Shown here in pieces: positions 8,894-19,052 of a DNA stretch of 32,000 nt. The stretch comes from Candidatus Saccharimonadota bacterium (GTDB lineage: Bacteria > Pseudomonadota > Gammaproteobacteria > Enterobacterales > Enterobacteriaceae_A). Position 1 is the first letter of the stretch. Every line of letters starts with the position of its first letter. The stretch is taken from contig CP102982.1 in NCBI GenBank assembly GCA_030849285.1, positions 193,731 to 225,730 on the forward strand, written 5' to 3'. Under the pieces are notes generated by a model. The model made no database searches. It was given only the letters and a program-made list of their open reading frames with translations, and was not told the DNA's origin. The translations under genes were made by a program, and so were the position numbers.

Positions 8894-9763
8894 TTAATTT
8901 TTAAAATTTATTAACGCTTTAATACGATCATCTAAAGATGGGTGTGAATTAAAAATATTATTTAATACATTTAATTTACCACCATTTATATAAAAGGTTA
9001 TCATATTACTATTATTAATAGTTTTATAACTTATTTTAAGTCTATTAAGAGCTAAAATCATATTATTTTTACCTACAAGTTTAGCAGCATCTGCATCAGC
9101 TCTAAATTCTCTATAACGAGAAAAACCCATTATTATTATGTTTGATAAAGAACCTAATATTATTTCTAAACTTGTAAAAATTGTTGTTTTAATATTTTGT
9201 AAAAAATTAAATTTTTGATTATTTTTTTTTTCTTGATTACATATTAAACTTGTAATAATTTGTGATAAAAATAAAATAAATGTATTCATTATTCCTTGTA
9301 ATAACCCCATAGTTACCATATCACCATTTGAAATATGTGAAATTTCATGTGCAATTACAGCTTCAATTTCATTTTTTTTCATATATTTTATTAAATTACT
9401 ACTTAAACCTATTAATGAATTATTACTACATGGACCCGTTGCAAAAGCATTTATATCATTAGATTTATATATAATTACTTCTGGCATTTTTATTTTTTTT
9501 TTTTTTGAAATATTTAAAATAGTTTTCATTATCCATATTTCATTTTTATTAATTGGTTTTATAATTATTTTCCCATTTATTGAATTTAAAATTATTAACT
9601 TTGAAAGTAAAATTGATATAATTGATCCTGCAAAACCAAATATAATCATTATAAACAATGAAATTTGATTAACATTATCTTTCAAACCTAATAATTTTAA
9701 TAAAAATCCAAAAATAACTACTACTAATAAGTTTGTTAAAGTAAGTAATAAAATTCGACTCAT
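8894..9763 (-). CDS. htpX: membrane zinc metalloprotease HtpX
   Basis: 289 aa. N-terminal TM segment LLLTLTNLLVVVIFG, DINAFATG, and zinc motif AVIAHEISHISNGDMVTM, almost identical to E. coli HtpX. C-terminal HPSLDDRIKAL. Confidence 0.95.
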   Translation of the reverse strand: MSRILLLTLTNLLVVVIFGFLLKLLGLKDNVNQISLFIMIIFGFAGSIISILLSKLIILNSINGKIIIKPINKNEIWIMKTILNISKKKKIKMPEVIIYKSNDINAFATGPCSNNSLIGLSSNLIKYMKKNEIEAVIAHEISHISNGDMVTMGLLQGIMNTFILFLSQIITSLICNQEKKNNQKFNFLQNIKTTIFTSLEIILGSLSNIIIMGFSRYREFRADADAAKLVGKNNMILALNRLKISYKTINNSNMITFYINGGKLNVLNNIFNSHPSLDDRIKALINFKN

Positions 9764-10051
9764 TTTTTTTCCTTTTAAATATTTATAAATTAATAATAAT
9801 TTATAAAATAAATTATTTTTAAATTTAATTTAATTAGTTTATAATATAATATATTTTAAAAATAATTTCAAATATTTTTTATAAATATTATAAAATACTT
9901 TTAAATTATAAGTATTAAATAAAAATTTAATTTATTTTAATAAATTTACAATATTATAAATATTTATAATAATATTTAATTATGTATTTAAATTATACTT
10001 ATTAGTTTTAAAATATTAAATATAAATTAAAATAAACTGTTTATTTAAAAT

Positions 10052-10126
10052 ATGCCCTTAGCTCAGTTTGGATAGAGCAACAACCTTCTAAGTTGTATGT
10101 CACAGGTTCAATTCCTGTAGGGCATA
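10052..10126 (+). tRNA. tRNA-Arg (anticodon TCT), no encoded CCA
   Basis: Hand fold: atgccct/ta/gctc-agtttggata-gagc/a/acaac-ctTCTaa-gttgt/atgtc/acagg-ttcaatt-cctgt/agggcat/a. Close to E. coli argU, but with A1:U72 and U2:A71 in place of G:C pairs. Confidence 0.9.
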
Positions 10127-10242
10127 ATTTTATATTATTTATATTTAATATAATTAAATAAGTATTTTAATTTATAATTAAATTTTTTATAAATAAATAA
10201 TTTTTATAAAATTATATTCATTAAATATTTGGGAATTTATAA

Positions 10243-11115
10243 ATGAAAAATAAAATCAAAAAAAATATATTATTATTATTAGTTTTTTTTTTGATAACAT
10301 TAATTTTAATTTTTTTTAGTAGTGCACCTATATTTTTAATAAAACCTAAGGGAGATATAAGTTTATTAGAAAAAAAACTTATACTTACATCAATTTTATT
10401 AATGTTAATAATTATAGCACCTGTATTATTTTTAACTATATTATTTTTTAATAAATATAAAAATATAAATAAAAATAAATATAATCCAAATTGGTGTAAT
10501 TCCAATAAAATTGAATTTTTAATATGGATAATTCCTATAAGTATTATTTTTATACTTGGATTAATAACATTTAAAACAACATATGAACTTGATCCTTATA
10601 AAAATATAATTAATTTTAATAAACCAATTAAAATTGAAGTTATTTCTTTAGATTGGAAATGGTTATTTATTTACCCTGAAGAAAATATTGCTACTATAAA
10701 TGAAATATATTTTCCTAAAAATACTCCTATTGATTTTAAAATAACATCAAATTCAGTAATGAATTCATTTTTCATACCAAAATTAGGTAGTCAAATTTAT
10801 TCAATGGCTGGAATGAAAAGTAAATTGCATTTAATTAGTAATGAATCTGGAAATTATGAAGGATTTTCAAGTAATTTTAGTGGTAAAGGTTTTTCTGGTA
10901 TGAAATTTAATGTTGTTGTAACTGAAAATAATTATGATTTTTATAAATGGATAAAATTAATTAAAAATTCAAAAAATTCTATTTTAACATATGAAAAATT
11001 TAATTTTATAAATAAACAAAGTGAAAATAATTCAATTGAATATTTTTCAAAAGTTAAAAAAAATTTATTTAATAAAATAATATCAAATTTTGATAATAAA
11101 ATAAATAAATTTTAA
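10243..11115 (+). CDS. cyoA: cytochrome bo3 ubiquinol oxidase subunit II
   Basis: 290 aa, collinear with E. coli CyoA: KYNPNWCNSNKIE, ISLDWKWLFIYPE, ATINEIYFP, TSNSVMNSFFIPKLGSQIYSMAGM, FSGMKF. The His-rich C-terminal tail is absent. Confidence 0.95.
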   Translation: MKNKIKKNILLLLVFFLITLILIFFSSAPIFLIKPKGDISLLEKKLILTSILLMLIIIAPVLFLTILFFNKYKNINKNKYNPNWCNSNKIEFLIWIIPISIIFILGLITFKTTYELDPYKNIINFNKPIKIEVISLDWKWLFIYPEENIATINEIYFPKNTPIDFKITSNSVMNSFFIPKLGSQIYSMAGMKSKLHLISNESGNYEGFSSNFSGKGFSGMKFNVVVTENNYDFYKWIKLIKNSKNSILTYEKFNFINKQSENNSIEYFSKVKKNLFNKIISNFDNKINKF

Positions 11116-11151
11116 ATATATAAAATTTATAATAATTTAAAGGAATATTTT

Positions 11152-13125
11152 ATGTTTGGTAAATTAACAATTAATGATATACCAATACATGAACCAATTA
11201 TAATGTATACTATATTTATAGTTTTTATTTTATTTTTAATAACTATATTTAGTATAACATATTTTAAAAAATGGAAATGGTTATGGAATGAATATTTAAT
11301 ATCTTTAGATCATAAAAAAATTGGAATTATGTATATTATAATGGCAATTATTATGTTTATAAGAGGTTTTATAGATGCTTTAATGATGCGTACTCAACAA
11401 ACTATTGTATCTTCTGGAAAGCCGGGATTTTTAACATCAAATCATTATAATCAAATTTTTACAGCTCATGGCGTTATTATGATTTTTTTTATGGCTATGC
11501 CTTTTATAATTGGATTTATGAATTTAATTATACCTTTACAAATAGGAGCGCGTGATCTAGCTTTTCCGTTTTTAAATTCTCTTAGTTTTTGGTTATTTTT
11601 TGTAAGTACATTATTAATAAATATATCCTTAGGTATTGGAGAATTTGCACAAACTGGATGGTTGGCTTATCCACCTTTATCAAATAAACAATATAGTCCT
11701 GGTGTTGGAGTTGATTACTGGATTTGGAGTTTACAAATTTCTGGAATAGGAACATTATTAACTGGTATAAATTTTATAGTAACAATATTAAAAATGAGAG
11801 CTCCAGGTATGTCTTTAATGAAAATGCCTATTTTTACTTGGACAACTTTATGTAGTAATATATTAATTGTATTATCATTTCCTATTCTTACAGTTACTAT
11901 ATTATTATTAACTTTAGATAGATATTTAAACACACATTTTTTTACTAATGATATGGGGGGAAATATTATGATGTATATAAATTTAATTTGGGCATGGGGT
12001 CACCCAGAAGTATATATATTAATGTTACCTGCATTTGGGATTTTTTCTGAAATAACTGCAACATTTTCAAAAAAAAAACTTTTTGGTTACAAATCTTTAG
12101 TATTAGCTACTATTTCTATAACTATATTATCATTTATGGTATGGTTACACCATTTTTTTACTATGGGTGCTGGTGCTAATGTTAATTCTTTTTTCGGTAT
12201 AACTACAATGATTATAGCTATTCCAACAGGTGTTAAAATATTTAATTGGATTTTTACAATGTATAAAGGAAATATTAAATATAATTCAGCTATGTTATGG
12301 ACAATAGGTTTTATTGTTTCATTTTCAATTGGTGGAATGAGTGGTGTTTTACTATCTGTACCAGGTGCTGATTTTTATCTTCATAATAGTTTATTTTTAA
12401 TTGCTCATTTTCATAATGTAATTATTGGTGGTGTTGTTTTTGGATGTTTTGCTGGTATTACTTATTGGTTTCCTAAATTTTTTGGTTTTAAATTAAATGA
12501 AAAATGGGGTATTCGCGCATTTTGGTATTGGATTTTTGGTCTTTTTATAGCATTCCTTCCATTATATGCATTAGGTTTTATGGGTATGACACGTAGATTA
12601 AGTCAAAATATAAATTTAAACTTTCATACACTTTTAACTATTTCTACTATTGGAACTATAATAATTTTAATTGGTATTATTTGTCAAGTTATTCAATTTT
12701 ATGTAAGTATTCATAATAAAAAAAAAAATCTCGACATTACAGGTGATCCATGGAATGGTAGAACATTAGAATGGTTTACTTCTTCTCCACCTAAAATTTA
12801 TAATTTTGCTATAATACCTAAAGTTAAAAATATTGATGCGTTTTGGGATATTAAAAATAAAAAATTAAATTATAAAAATAAAGAATATAAATCAATTAAA
12901 ATTCCTAATAACTCATGTATTGGTCTTATAATAAGTATATTTACTTTAATATTTGGTTTTTCAATGGTTTGGTATATTTGGTGGTTATCTATAATATGTA
13001 TAATTAGTATTATTTTAATATTAATAATTAAAAGTTTTAATATTATAGAACATTATGAAATATCTAATGATAATATTATTAAAAACGAAAGGGAATTTTT
13101 AAAAGCAGGTAAATATGATAAATAA
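11152..13125 (+). CDS. cyoB: cytochrome bo3 ubiquinol oxidase subunit I
   Basis: 657 aa heme-copper oxidase subunit [50 protein letters not shown]. An AAAGGA Shine-Dalgarno lies upstream. Confidence 0.97.
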   Translation: MFGKLTINDIPIHEPIIMYTIFIVFILFLITIFSITYFKKWKWLWNEYLISLDHKKIGIMYIIMAIIMFIRGFIDALMMRTQQTIVSSGKPGFLTSNHYNQIFTAHGVIMIFFMAMPFIIGFMNLIIPLQIGARDLAFPFLNSLSFWLFFVSTLLINISLGIGEFAQTGWLAYPPLSNKQYSPGVGVDYWIWSLQISGIGTLLTGINFIVTILKMRAPGMSLMKMPIFTWTTLCSNILIVLSFPILTVTILLLTLDRYLNTHFFTNDMGGNIMMYINLIWAWGHPEVYILMLPAFGIFSEITATFSKKKLFGYKSLVLATISITILSFMVWLHHFFTMGAGANVNSFFGITTMIIAIPTGVKIFNWIFTMYKGNIKYNSAMLWTIGFIVSFSIGGMSGVLLSVPGADFYLHNSLFLIAHFHNVIIGGVVFGCFAGITYWFPKFFGFKLNEKWGIRAFWYWIFGLFIAFLPLYALGFMGMTRRLSQNINLNFHTLLTISTIGTIIILIGIICQVIQFYVSIHNKKKNLDITGDPWNGRTLEWFTSSPPKIYNFAIIPKVKNIDAFWDIKNKKLNYKNKEYKSIKIPNNSCIGLIISIFTLIFGFSMVWYIWWLSIICIISIILILIIKSFNIIEHYEISNDNIIKNEREFLKAGKYDK

Positions 13126-13723
13126 TATTAAAAAATTTTCTTTAAAAAATAAAAGTAAGGGCATAAATTTTAAAAATATTTTAGGTTTCTGGATTTACAT
13201 TATGAGTGATTGTATTTTATTTGCCAGTTTATTTGCTACATATATTGTTTTAATTAATAATAAAACAAATAATTTAATATATAAAGAAATATTTAATTTA
13301 AAAAATGTTTTTATCGAAACAATAATATTACTTTTTAGTGCTTTTACATATGGTATAGCAATATCAAAAATTAATTACAAAAATATAAAATATATTAATA
13401 ACTGGTTATTTTTAACTTTTATATTAGGTGTTCTTTTTTTAATTTTTGAATTTAATGAATTAAATAGTTTTATTAAAAATAATTTAAATTCAAATTATAA
13501 TGCTTATATATCAAGTTTTTTTTCAATTATTTTAACTCATGGTATTCATGTTTTTGTAGGTTTAATTTGGATTTTAACTATTATTATTAATTTAAATAAA
13601 TATGGTTTAAATTCAATTAATAAAACACGTTTAATATGTTTAAGTTTATTTTGGCATTTTTTAGATATTATATGGATCTGTGTTTTTACTTTTATATATC
13701 TTTTAGGTTATATTTATTTATGA
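13115..13723 (+). CDS. cyoC: cytochrome bo3 ubiquinol oxidase subunit III
   Basis: 202 aa. [21 protein letters not shown] and [24 protein letters not shown] match E. coli CyoC. The start overlaps the cyoB end by 11 nt. Confidence 0.95.
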   Translation: MINNIKKFSLKNKSKGINFKNILGFWIYIMSDCILFASLFATYIVLINNKTNNLIYKEIFNLKNVFIETIILLFSAFTYGIAISKINYKNIKYINNWLFLTFILGVLFLIFEFNELNSFIKNNLNSNYNAYISSFFSIILTHGIHVFVGLIWILTIIINLNKYGLNSINKTRLICLSLFWHFLDIIWICVFTFIYLLGYIYL

Positions 13724-14058
13724 ATTATTTAATTAATAATAAAAATAATAAAAATTATAAATTTTATTCTGTTAAAAATTATTTTAATGGATTTATAATT
13801 GCTATTTTATTAACAATAATCCCATTTATATTAGTAAAATTTAAACTTTTAAATAATAAAATAAGTACATTTATAATTATTATAGTATCAATTTTACAAA
13901 TAATTGTTCATTTTAAATTTTTTTTACATTTAAATACATCAAATCAAGAAAAATTTAACTTAATTATACTAATTTTAACAATAATAATAATTTTTATTCT
14001 TATATTAGGTACTTTTTGGATTATGTTTAATTTAAATAAAAATATGTTATTATTTTAA
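13720..14058 (+). CDS. cyoD: cytochrome bo3 ubiquinol oxidase subunit IV
   Basis: The listed ORF 13636..14058 begins inside cyoC. The plausible start is the ATG at 13720, forming an ATGA overlap with the cyoC stop. This gives about 112 aa (MNYLINNK...) with three hydrophobic segments, the right size and position for CyoD. Confidence 0.8.
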   Translation: MNYLINNKNNKNYKFYSVKNYFNGFIIAILLTIIPFILVKFKLLNNKISTFIIIIVSILQIIVHFKFFLHLNTSNQEKFNLIILILTIIIIFILILGTFWIMFNLNKNMLLF

Positions 14059-14175
14059 ATTAATATTTATTTATTAAAATAAATTGTTTTTAAATTTATT
14101 AAATAATTTTATTTTTATTTATTTTATAATAATTATTAATAATTTTATTTATATAGTATTAATTTTTAAAATAAT

Positions 14176-15450
14176 ATGAAAAATTATAATATAATTAAAA
14201 AATTAAATGAAAGATTATTAATAAATCAAATTACAGAAGAAAAAAGGATAACAAAATTATTATTAAAAAAAAAAATTTCATTATATTGTGGTTTTGATCC
14301 AACATCAGATAGTTTACATATTGGGCATTTAATACCACTTTTATCATTAAAAAGATTTCAATTATATGGGCATAAACCTATAATATTAATTGGAGGTGCA
14401 ACTAGTTTAATAGGTGACCCAAGTTTTAAAATTAATGAAAGAGAATTAAATAAAAAAAAAAATATTAATATTTGGTCTAAAAAAATTAAAGAACAGATTA
14501 AAAAATTTTTAGATTTTAATTGTTTTTTAAATAATGCAATTATAATAAATAATTATAATTGGTTTAAAAATATAAATATATTAGATTTTTTACGTAATAT
14601 AGGAAAATTTTTTTCAGTTAATAAAATGATTAAAAAAGAATTTTTCAAACAACGTTTAAAATATGAAAATAAAAATATTTCTTATACTGAATTTTCATAT
14701 AATATATTACAAAGTTTCGATTTTCTTAAATTATATAAAAAATATAAGGTTTACTTACAAATAGGGGGTTCTGATCAATGGGGTAATATTATTACTGGTA
14801 TTGATTTAATAAAACGTATTTACAAAAAAAATGTTTATGGTATAACTTTACCGCTTATTACTCAATCAAATGGGATTAAATTTGGTAAAACAGAAAAAAA
14901 CACAATTTGGTTATCTAAAAAAAAAACTAGTCCATATAAATTTTATCAATTTTGGATTAATACAAATGATAATGATGTTTATAAATTTTTAAAATTTTTT
15001 ACATTTATAAGTTTAAAAAAAATTAATGAATTAGAAAAAAAAGAAAAAAATATAAATAAAAGACCTAAAGCTCAATATATTTTAGCAAGAGAAATTACAA
15101 GAATTGTACATGGTAAAAAAGGTTTATGTGCTGCTGAACGTATTACAAAAAGTTTATTTACTGGAATTTTTAATAATATGACAAAATTTGATTTTTTACA
15201 ATTAAAACAAGATAGTATGCCTATTATATATTTAAAAAAAAAAACAAGTTTAAAAAAATCTATTATAATAGCAGGATTTGTTTCTTCATATAATATTGCA
15301 TATAATATTATAAAATCTAATGCAATTAGTATTAATAATAAAAAACAAATAAATCCAAATTATATTTTTAAAAATTCAGATTTTTTATACGGAATTTATA
15401 CTATAATAAAAATGGGAAAAAAAAAATTTTGTTTAATTATATGGAAATAA
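14176..15450 (+). CDS. tyrS: tyrosine--tRNA ligase
   Basis: 424 aa. YCGFDPTSDSLHIGHL (HIGH), GGSDQWGNI, KFGKT (KMSKS-equivalent), and a C-terminal S4-like domain. Confidence 0.95.
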   Translation: MKNYNIIKKLNERLLINQITEEKRITKLLLKKKISLYCGFDPTSDSLHIGHLIPLLSLKRFQLYGHKPIILIGGATSLIGDPSFKINERELNKKKNINIWSKKIKEQIKKFLDFNCFLNNAIIINNYNWFKNINILDFLRNIGKFFSVNKMIKKEFFKQRLKYENKNISYTEFSYNILQSFDFLKLYKKYKVYLQIGGSDQWGNIITGIDLIKRIYKKNVYGITLPLITQSNGIKFGKTEKNTIWLSKKKTSPYKFYQFWINTNDNDVYKFLKFFTFISLKKINELEKKEKNINKRPKAQYILAREITRIVHGKKGLCAAERITKSLFTGIFNNMTKFDFLQLKQDSMPIIYLKKKTSLKKSIIIAGFVSSYNIAYNIIKSNAISINNKKQINPNYIFKNSDFLYGIYTIIKMGKKKFCLIIWK

Positions 15451-15510
15451 TTTTATTTTTTTTAAAATTTAATATTATTTAATAAAATAAAATATATTAA
15501 TTTTATTTTT

Positions 15511-17112
15511 TTAAATACGTTCTAAAAATTTTTCAAATTTTTTAATTTTACAACCTAATAAAGGTTTTTTAATTCCACTCCATGTTAATTTAATATTTAA
15601 AAAAAATTCACTTTTTAAAGTTAAATTAGGCATTATAGGTTTTAAATATGTTATTAAAATTTTAAATAAATTAATACCCATTGTACATATCATATGTAAT
15701 TTATTATTGTATAATTTATTTTTAAATAAATACCATGGTTTTCGAATATTAATATAAAAATTAGCTAAATCAACTAATTTCATAATTGTATTTATAATTT
15801 TATTAAACTTTATATTTATATATAATTTAGATATATTTTTTGATTCATTTATAAAAATTTGATAAATTTTAGAGTATTTTAAAATATTAGATAATTTATT
15901 ATAATAGTAATTATTAATAAATGATGAATTTCTTGAAATTAAATTTATTAATTTATTAATAATATCATTATTTATTTTTTTAATAAAATTTTTAATATTA
16001 AATTCTATATCTTTTATAGAATTAGAAAGTTTACTAGCATAATAATAACGTAAAAAATCAGAATTTTTTTTTTCAAAATTAAAATTTATATATTTTTTTT
16101 TTTTCGATTTTGATATTTTATTTTTATTTATTGTAATATGTCCATGTATAAATAATTTTGTTGGTTTTCTTAAATTACTACCTTCTAAAATAGAAGGCCA
16201 AAAAAAATTATGAAAATATATAATATCTTTACCAATAAAATGATATAATTTAGTTTTAGAACTTATATTCCAAAATTTATCAAAATTTATTTTTTTATTA
16301 TAATTACATAAAATTTTAAAAGTTCCAATATAACCTATAAGTGCATCAAACCAAACATAAAAATATTTTTTTTTCTCTTTTGGTATTTTAAATCCAAAAT
16401 ATGGATTATTTCTTGAAATATCCCAAAATTTATTCCCTTTTTTAAACCATTCTGATACTCTATTTAATATATTATTTTTAATAATTGTTAAATTTAACCA
16501 ATTATTTATTTTTTTTTTAAATAAAATTAAATTTAAAAAGTAATGTTTTGTTTTTTTAATTATAGGTTTTAATTTTGTAATTACAGATTTAGGATTAATT
16601 AATTCTGTTGATTTATAAAAAGCACCACATATTTCACAATTATCACCATATTGATTATATGAATAACATTTTGGGCATTTCCCTTTAATAAAACGATCGG
16701 GTAAAAAAATTTTTTTTTTAATATCATATAATTGTTTACAATTTTTTTTGATAATATAACCATTATGTTTAAGTCTATCAAAAAATAAATTTATTAAAAT
16801 TTTATTTTCTTTATTATGAGTAAAATAATATTTATCATATATAATATTAAATTTTTTAAAATCTAATATATGTTTTTTATATGTTTTAAAAATTATATTT
16901 TCTGGAGTTTTTTTTTTTTTAATAGATTTTAACATAATAGCTGTTCCATGTGTATCATCTGAACATATAAAATATACTTTATTTCCAAATAATTTATTAA
17001 AACGAACCCATATATCTGCTTGAATATGTTCAAGTAAATGTCCAATATGAATAGAACCATTAGAATATGGAAATGCACATGTTACTATAATTTCCTTTTT
17101 ATTAATTTTCAT
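15511..17112 (-). CDS. metG: methionine--tRNA ligase, core enzyme without the C-terminal tRNA-binding/dimerisation domain
   Basis: 533 aa. FPYSNGSIHIGHLLEH (HIGH), zinc knuckle CPKCYSYNQYGDNCEICG, YVWFDALIGY, KISKSKKK (KMSKS). E. coli MetRS is about 677 aa. Confidence 0.95.
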   Translation of the reverse strand: MKINKKEIIVTCAFPYSNGSIHIGHLLEHIQADIWVRFNKLFGNKVYFICSDDTHGTAIMLKSIKKKKTPENIIFKTYKKHILDFKKFNIIYDKYYFTHNKENKILINLFFDRLKHNGYIIKKNCKQLYDIKKKIFLPDRFIKGKCPKCYSYNQYGDNCEICGAFYKSTELINPKSVITKLKPIIKKTKHYFLNLILFKKKINNWLNLTIIKNNILNRVSEWFKKGNKFWDISRNNPYFGFKIPKEKKKYFYVWFDALIGYIGTFKILCNYNKKINFDKFWNISSKTKLYHFIGKDIIYFHNFFWPSILEGSNLRKPTKLFIHGHITINKNKISKSKKKKYINFNFEKKNSDFLRYYYASKLSNSIKDIEFNIKNFIKKINNDIINKLINLISRNSSFINNYYYNKLSNILKYSKIYQIFINESKNISKLYINIKFNKIINTIMKLVDLANFYINIRKPWYLFKNKLYNNKLHMICTMGINLFKILITYLKPIMPNLTLKSEFFLNIKLTWSGIKKPLLGCKIKKFEKFLERI

Positions 17113-17266
17113 AATTCCTTTGTATTTAAAAAATAAACTTTATTTTTAAAAAATTTATTTTAAAAATATATAAAATAAATTTATGAAATAATAATTTTAA
17201 ATTAATTTAAATAACTTATATTTTATAAAATATATTATTTTTAATTTTAAATATTTTAAAATTTAT

Positions 17267-18865
17267 ATGTTTTTAATAAAATTAATTAAAAAAATATTTT
17301 CAATTTTAATATTAATAATATTTATTTTATTAATATTAAACTATTCAATTATTAAAAAAAAATTTATACAAAATATTAATAAAAAAACAGTTTTGTTATT
17401 TAATATTAACGGTATTATTATTGAAAATAAAAATATTAATAATTTATGGGATAAATTTAATTTTAATTTATTTAAAATAAAAAATAAAAAAACTATAAAA
17501 AATACATTATTTAATATTATTAAAATTATTCGTTTATCAAAAAATGATAAAAATATTACCGGTATAATATTAAAATTAAATAATTTTTTAGGAACAGATC
17601 AAACATCACTAGAATATATAGGAAAAATTTTAAATGAATTTAAAAAAAGTGGAAAACCTATTTATGCAATTAGTAATAATTATAATCAAGCTCAATATTA
17701 CTTAGCAAGTTATGCTAATAAAATATATATGTATTCAAATGGTTTTATAGATTTACATGGATTATATAATGATAAATTTTATTACAAGTCTTTATTAAAT
17801 AAATTAAAAATAAATTCACATATTTTTAGAATAGGTTTTGATAAAAACGCAATTGATACTTATATTTATAATAATATGCCTACTAAAACTAAAATTTCAG
17901 AAAATAAATGGTTAAATAAATTATGGTTAAATTATATTTATGATATATCAAAAAATAGAAAATTAAAAACATATAATATAATACCTAATATAATAGAATT
18001 TTTAAAAAAAAATTTAAAAAAAAATTATATTAATAATTATAATTTAAAAAATAAATTAATAGATAAAATATTATCTCCTATTAAAATAAAAAAAAAATTA
18101 ATTAAAATTTTTGGTTTAAATAAAAATAAAAATAATTATAAATTTTTAAATTTTTATAATTATAAAATTTATAAATCATTAGAAAAAAGTTATGAAATAT
18201 CTGTAATTTTTATAAATGGTAAAATTATAAATTATAAAAAATATAATAATGATATATATAATATTGTAAATAAATTGAAAAACGCACGTTTAAATCCAAA
18301 TACAAAAGCTGTTATTTTAAAAATAAACAGTCCTGGAGGTAATATTATAGCTTCTGAAAATATAAGAGCTGAAGTTTCAAATTTAAAATTTTCAGGTAAA
18401 CCTGTTATAGTATCTATGGGTAATTTATGTGCATCTGGAGGCTATTGGATTTCAACATCTGCAAATATAATAATTGCAGATAGAAGTACAATTACAGGTT
18501 CTATTGGAATATTTAATATAATAAACACTTATGAAAAAACTTTAAATTTATTTGGTATAAATTATGACGGTTCAAATATTTTTCCATTATCAAGTGTTAA
18601 ATTAAATAAGAATTTAACACCCTATGCTACTAAACTTATAGAATTAAATATTAAAATGGGATATAAATATTTTATAAAATTAATATCTAAAAATAGACAA
18701 TTAACACCTAAAGAAATTAATAATATAGGGCAAGGACGTATATTTATAGGTAAAGAAGCTAAAATTAATAAACTTGTTGATAAAATAGGTGATTTTGATG
18801 ATGCAGTAAACCAAGCTGTTAAATTATCTAAATTAAAAAATTGGCATTTAAATTGGATTAAATAA
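17267..18865 (+). CDS. sppA: signal peptide peptidase A (protease IV), shortened
   Basis: 532 aa. N-terminal TM segment. NITGIILKLNNF, SGKPIYAISNNYNQAQYYLASYANKIY, FRIGFDKNA (catalytic Lys context), VNSPGG, CASGGYWIS (catalytic Ser context), GDFDDAV. Collinear with E. coli SppA but ends at the equivalent of ...KQWHLEYY. Confidence 0.85.
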   Translation: MFLIKLIKKIFSILILIIFILLILNYSIIKKKFIQNINKKTVLLFNINGIIIENKNINNLWDKFNFNLFKIKNKKTIKNTLFNIIKIIRLSKNDKNITGIILKLNNFLGTDQTSLEYIGKILNEFKKSGKPIYAISNNYNQAQYYLASYANKIYMYSNGFIDLHGLYNDKFYYKSLLNKLKINSHIFRIGFDKNAIDTYIYNNMPTKTKISENKWLNKLWLNYIYDISKNRKLKTYNIIPNIIEFLKKNLKKNYINNYNLKNKLIDKILSPIKIKKKLIKIFGLNKNKNNYKFLNFYNYKIYKSLEKSYEISVIFINGKIINYKKYNNDIYNIVNKLKNARLNPNTKAVILKINSPGGNIIASENIRAEVSNLKFSGKPVIVSMGNLCASGGYWISTSANIIIADRSTITGSIGIFNIINTYEKTLNLFGINYDGSNIFPLSSVKLNKNLTPYATKLIELNIKMGYKYFIKLISKNRQLTPKEINNIGQGRIFIGKEAKINKLVDKIGDFDDAVNQAVKLSKLKNWHLNWIK

Positions 18866-19052
18866 AAAATATTAATTTAAAATTAATAATTTAATATTTT
18901 TTATAAAAAATTTATTTATATTTTAATAAATAATAATAATTATTAAAATTTTTATTTTTTATTTATTTTTTTTGAATTATTTATTTAATATAATTTTAAA
19001 AATTTAAATTAATTTTATTAAAATTAACTTTAATATATTTAAGGAAAATAAA

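Noticed and set aside
10221-10505. 94-aa ORF antisense to the cyoA 5' end
   Set aside because: It overlaps the strongly supported cyoA N-terminus on the other strand. There is no homology signal and no SD.
11715-11933. 72-aa ORF antisense to cyoB
   Set aside because: It is embedded in the most conserved gene of the window (cyoB) and is a shadow ORF.
13636-13719. N-terminal extension of the cyoD ORF (the ORF track starts at 13636)
   Set aside because: The extension lies inside the conserved C-terminus of cyoC in another frame. The ATG at 13720 gives an ATGA stop/start overlap and a CyoD-sized (~112 aa) product.
16599-16781. 60-aa ORF on the same strand as metG, in an alternative frame
   Set aside because: It lies inside metG, where the annotated frame carries the zinc-knuckle motif. 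The alternative frame has no recognisable features.
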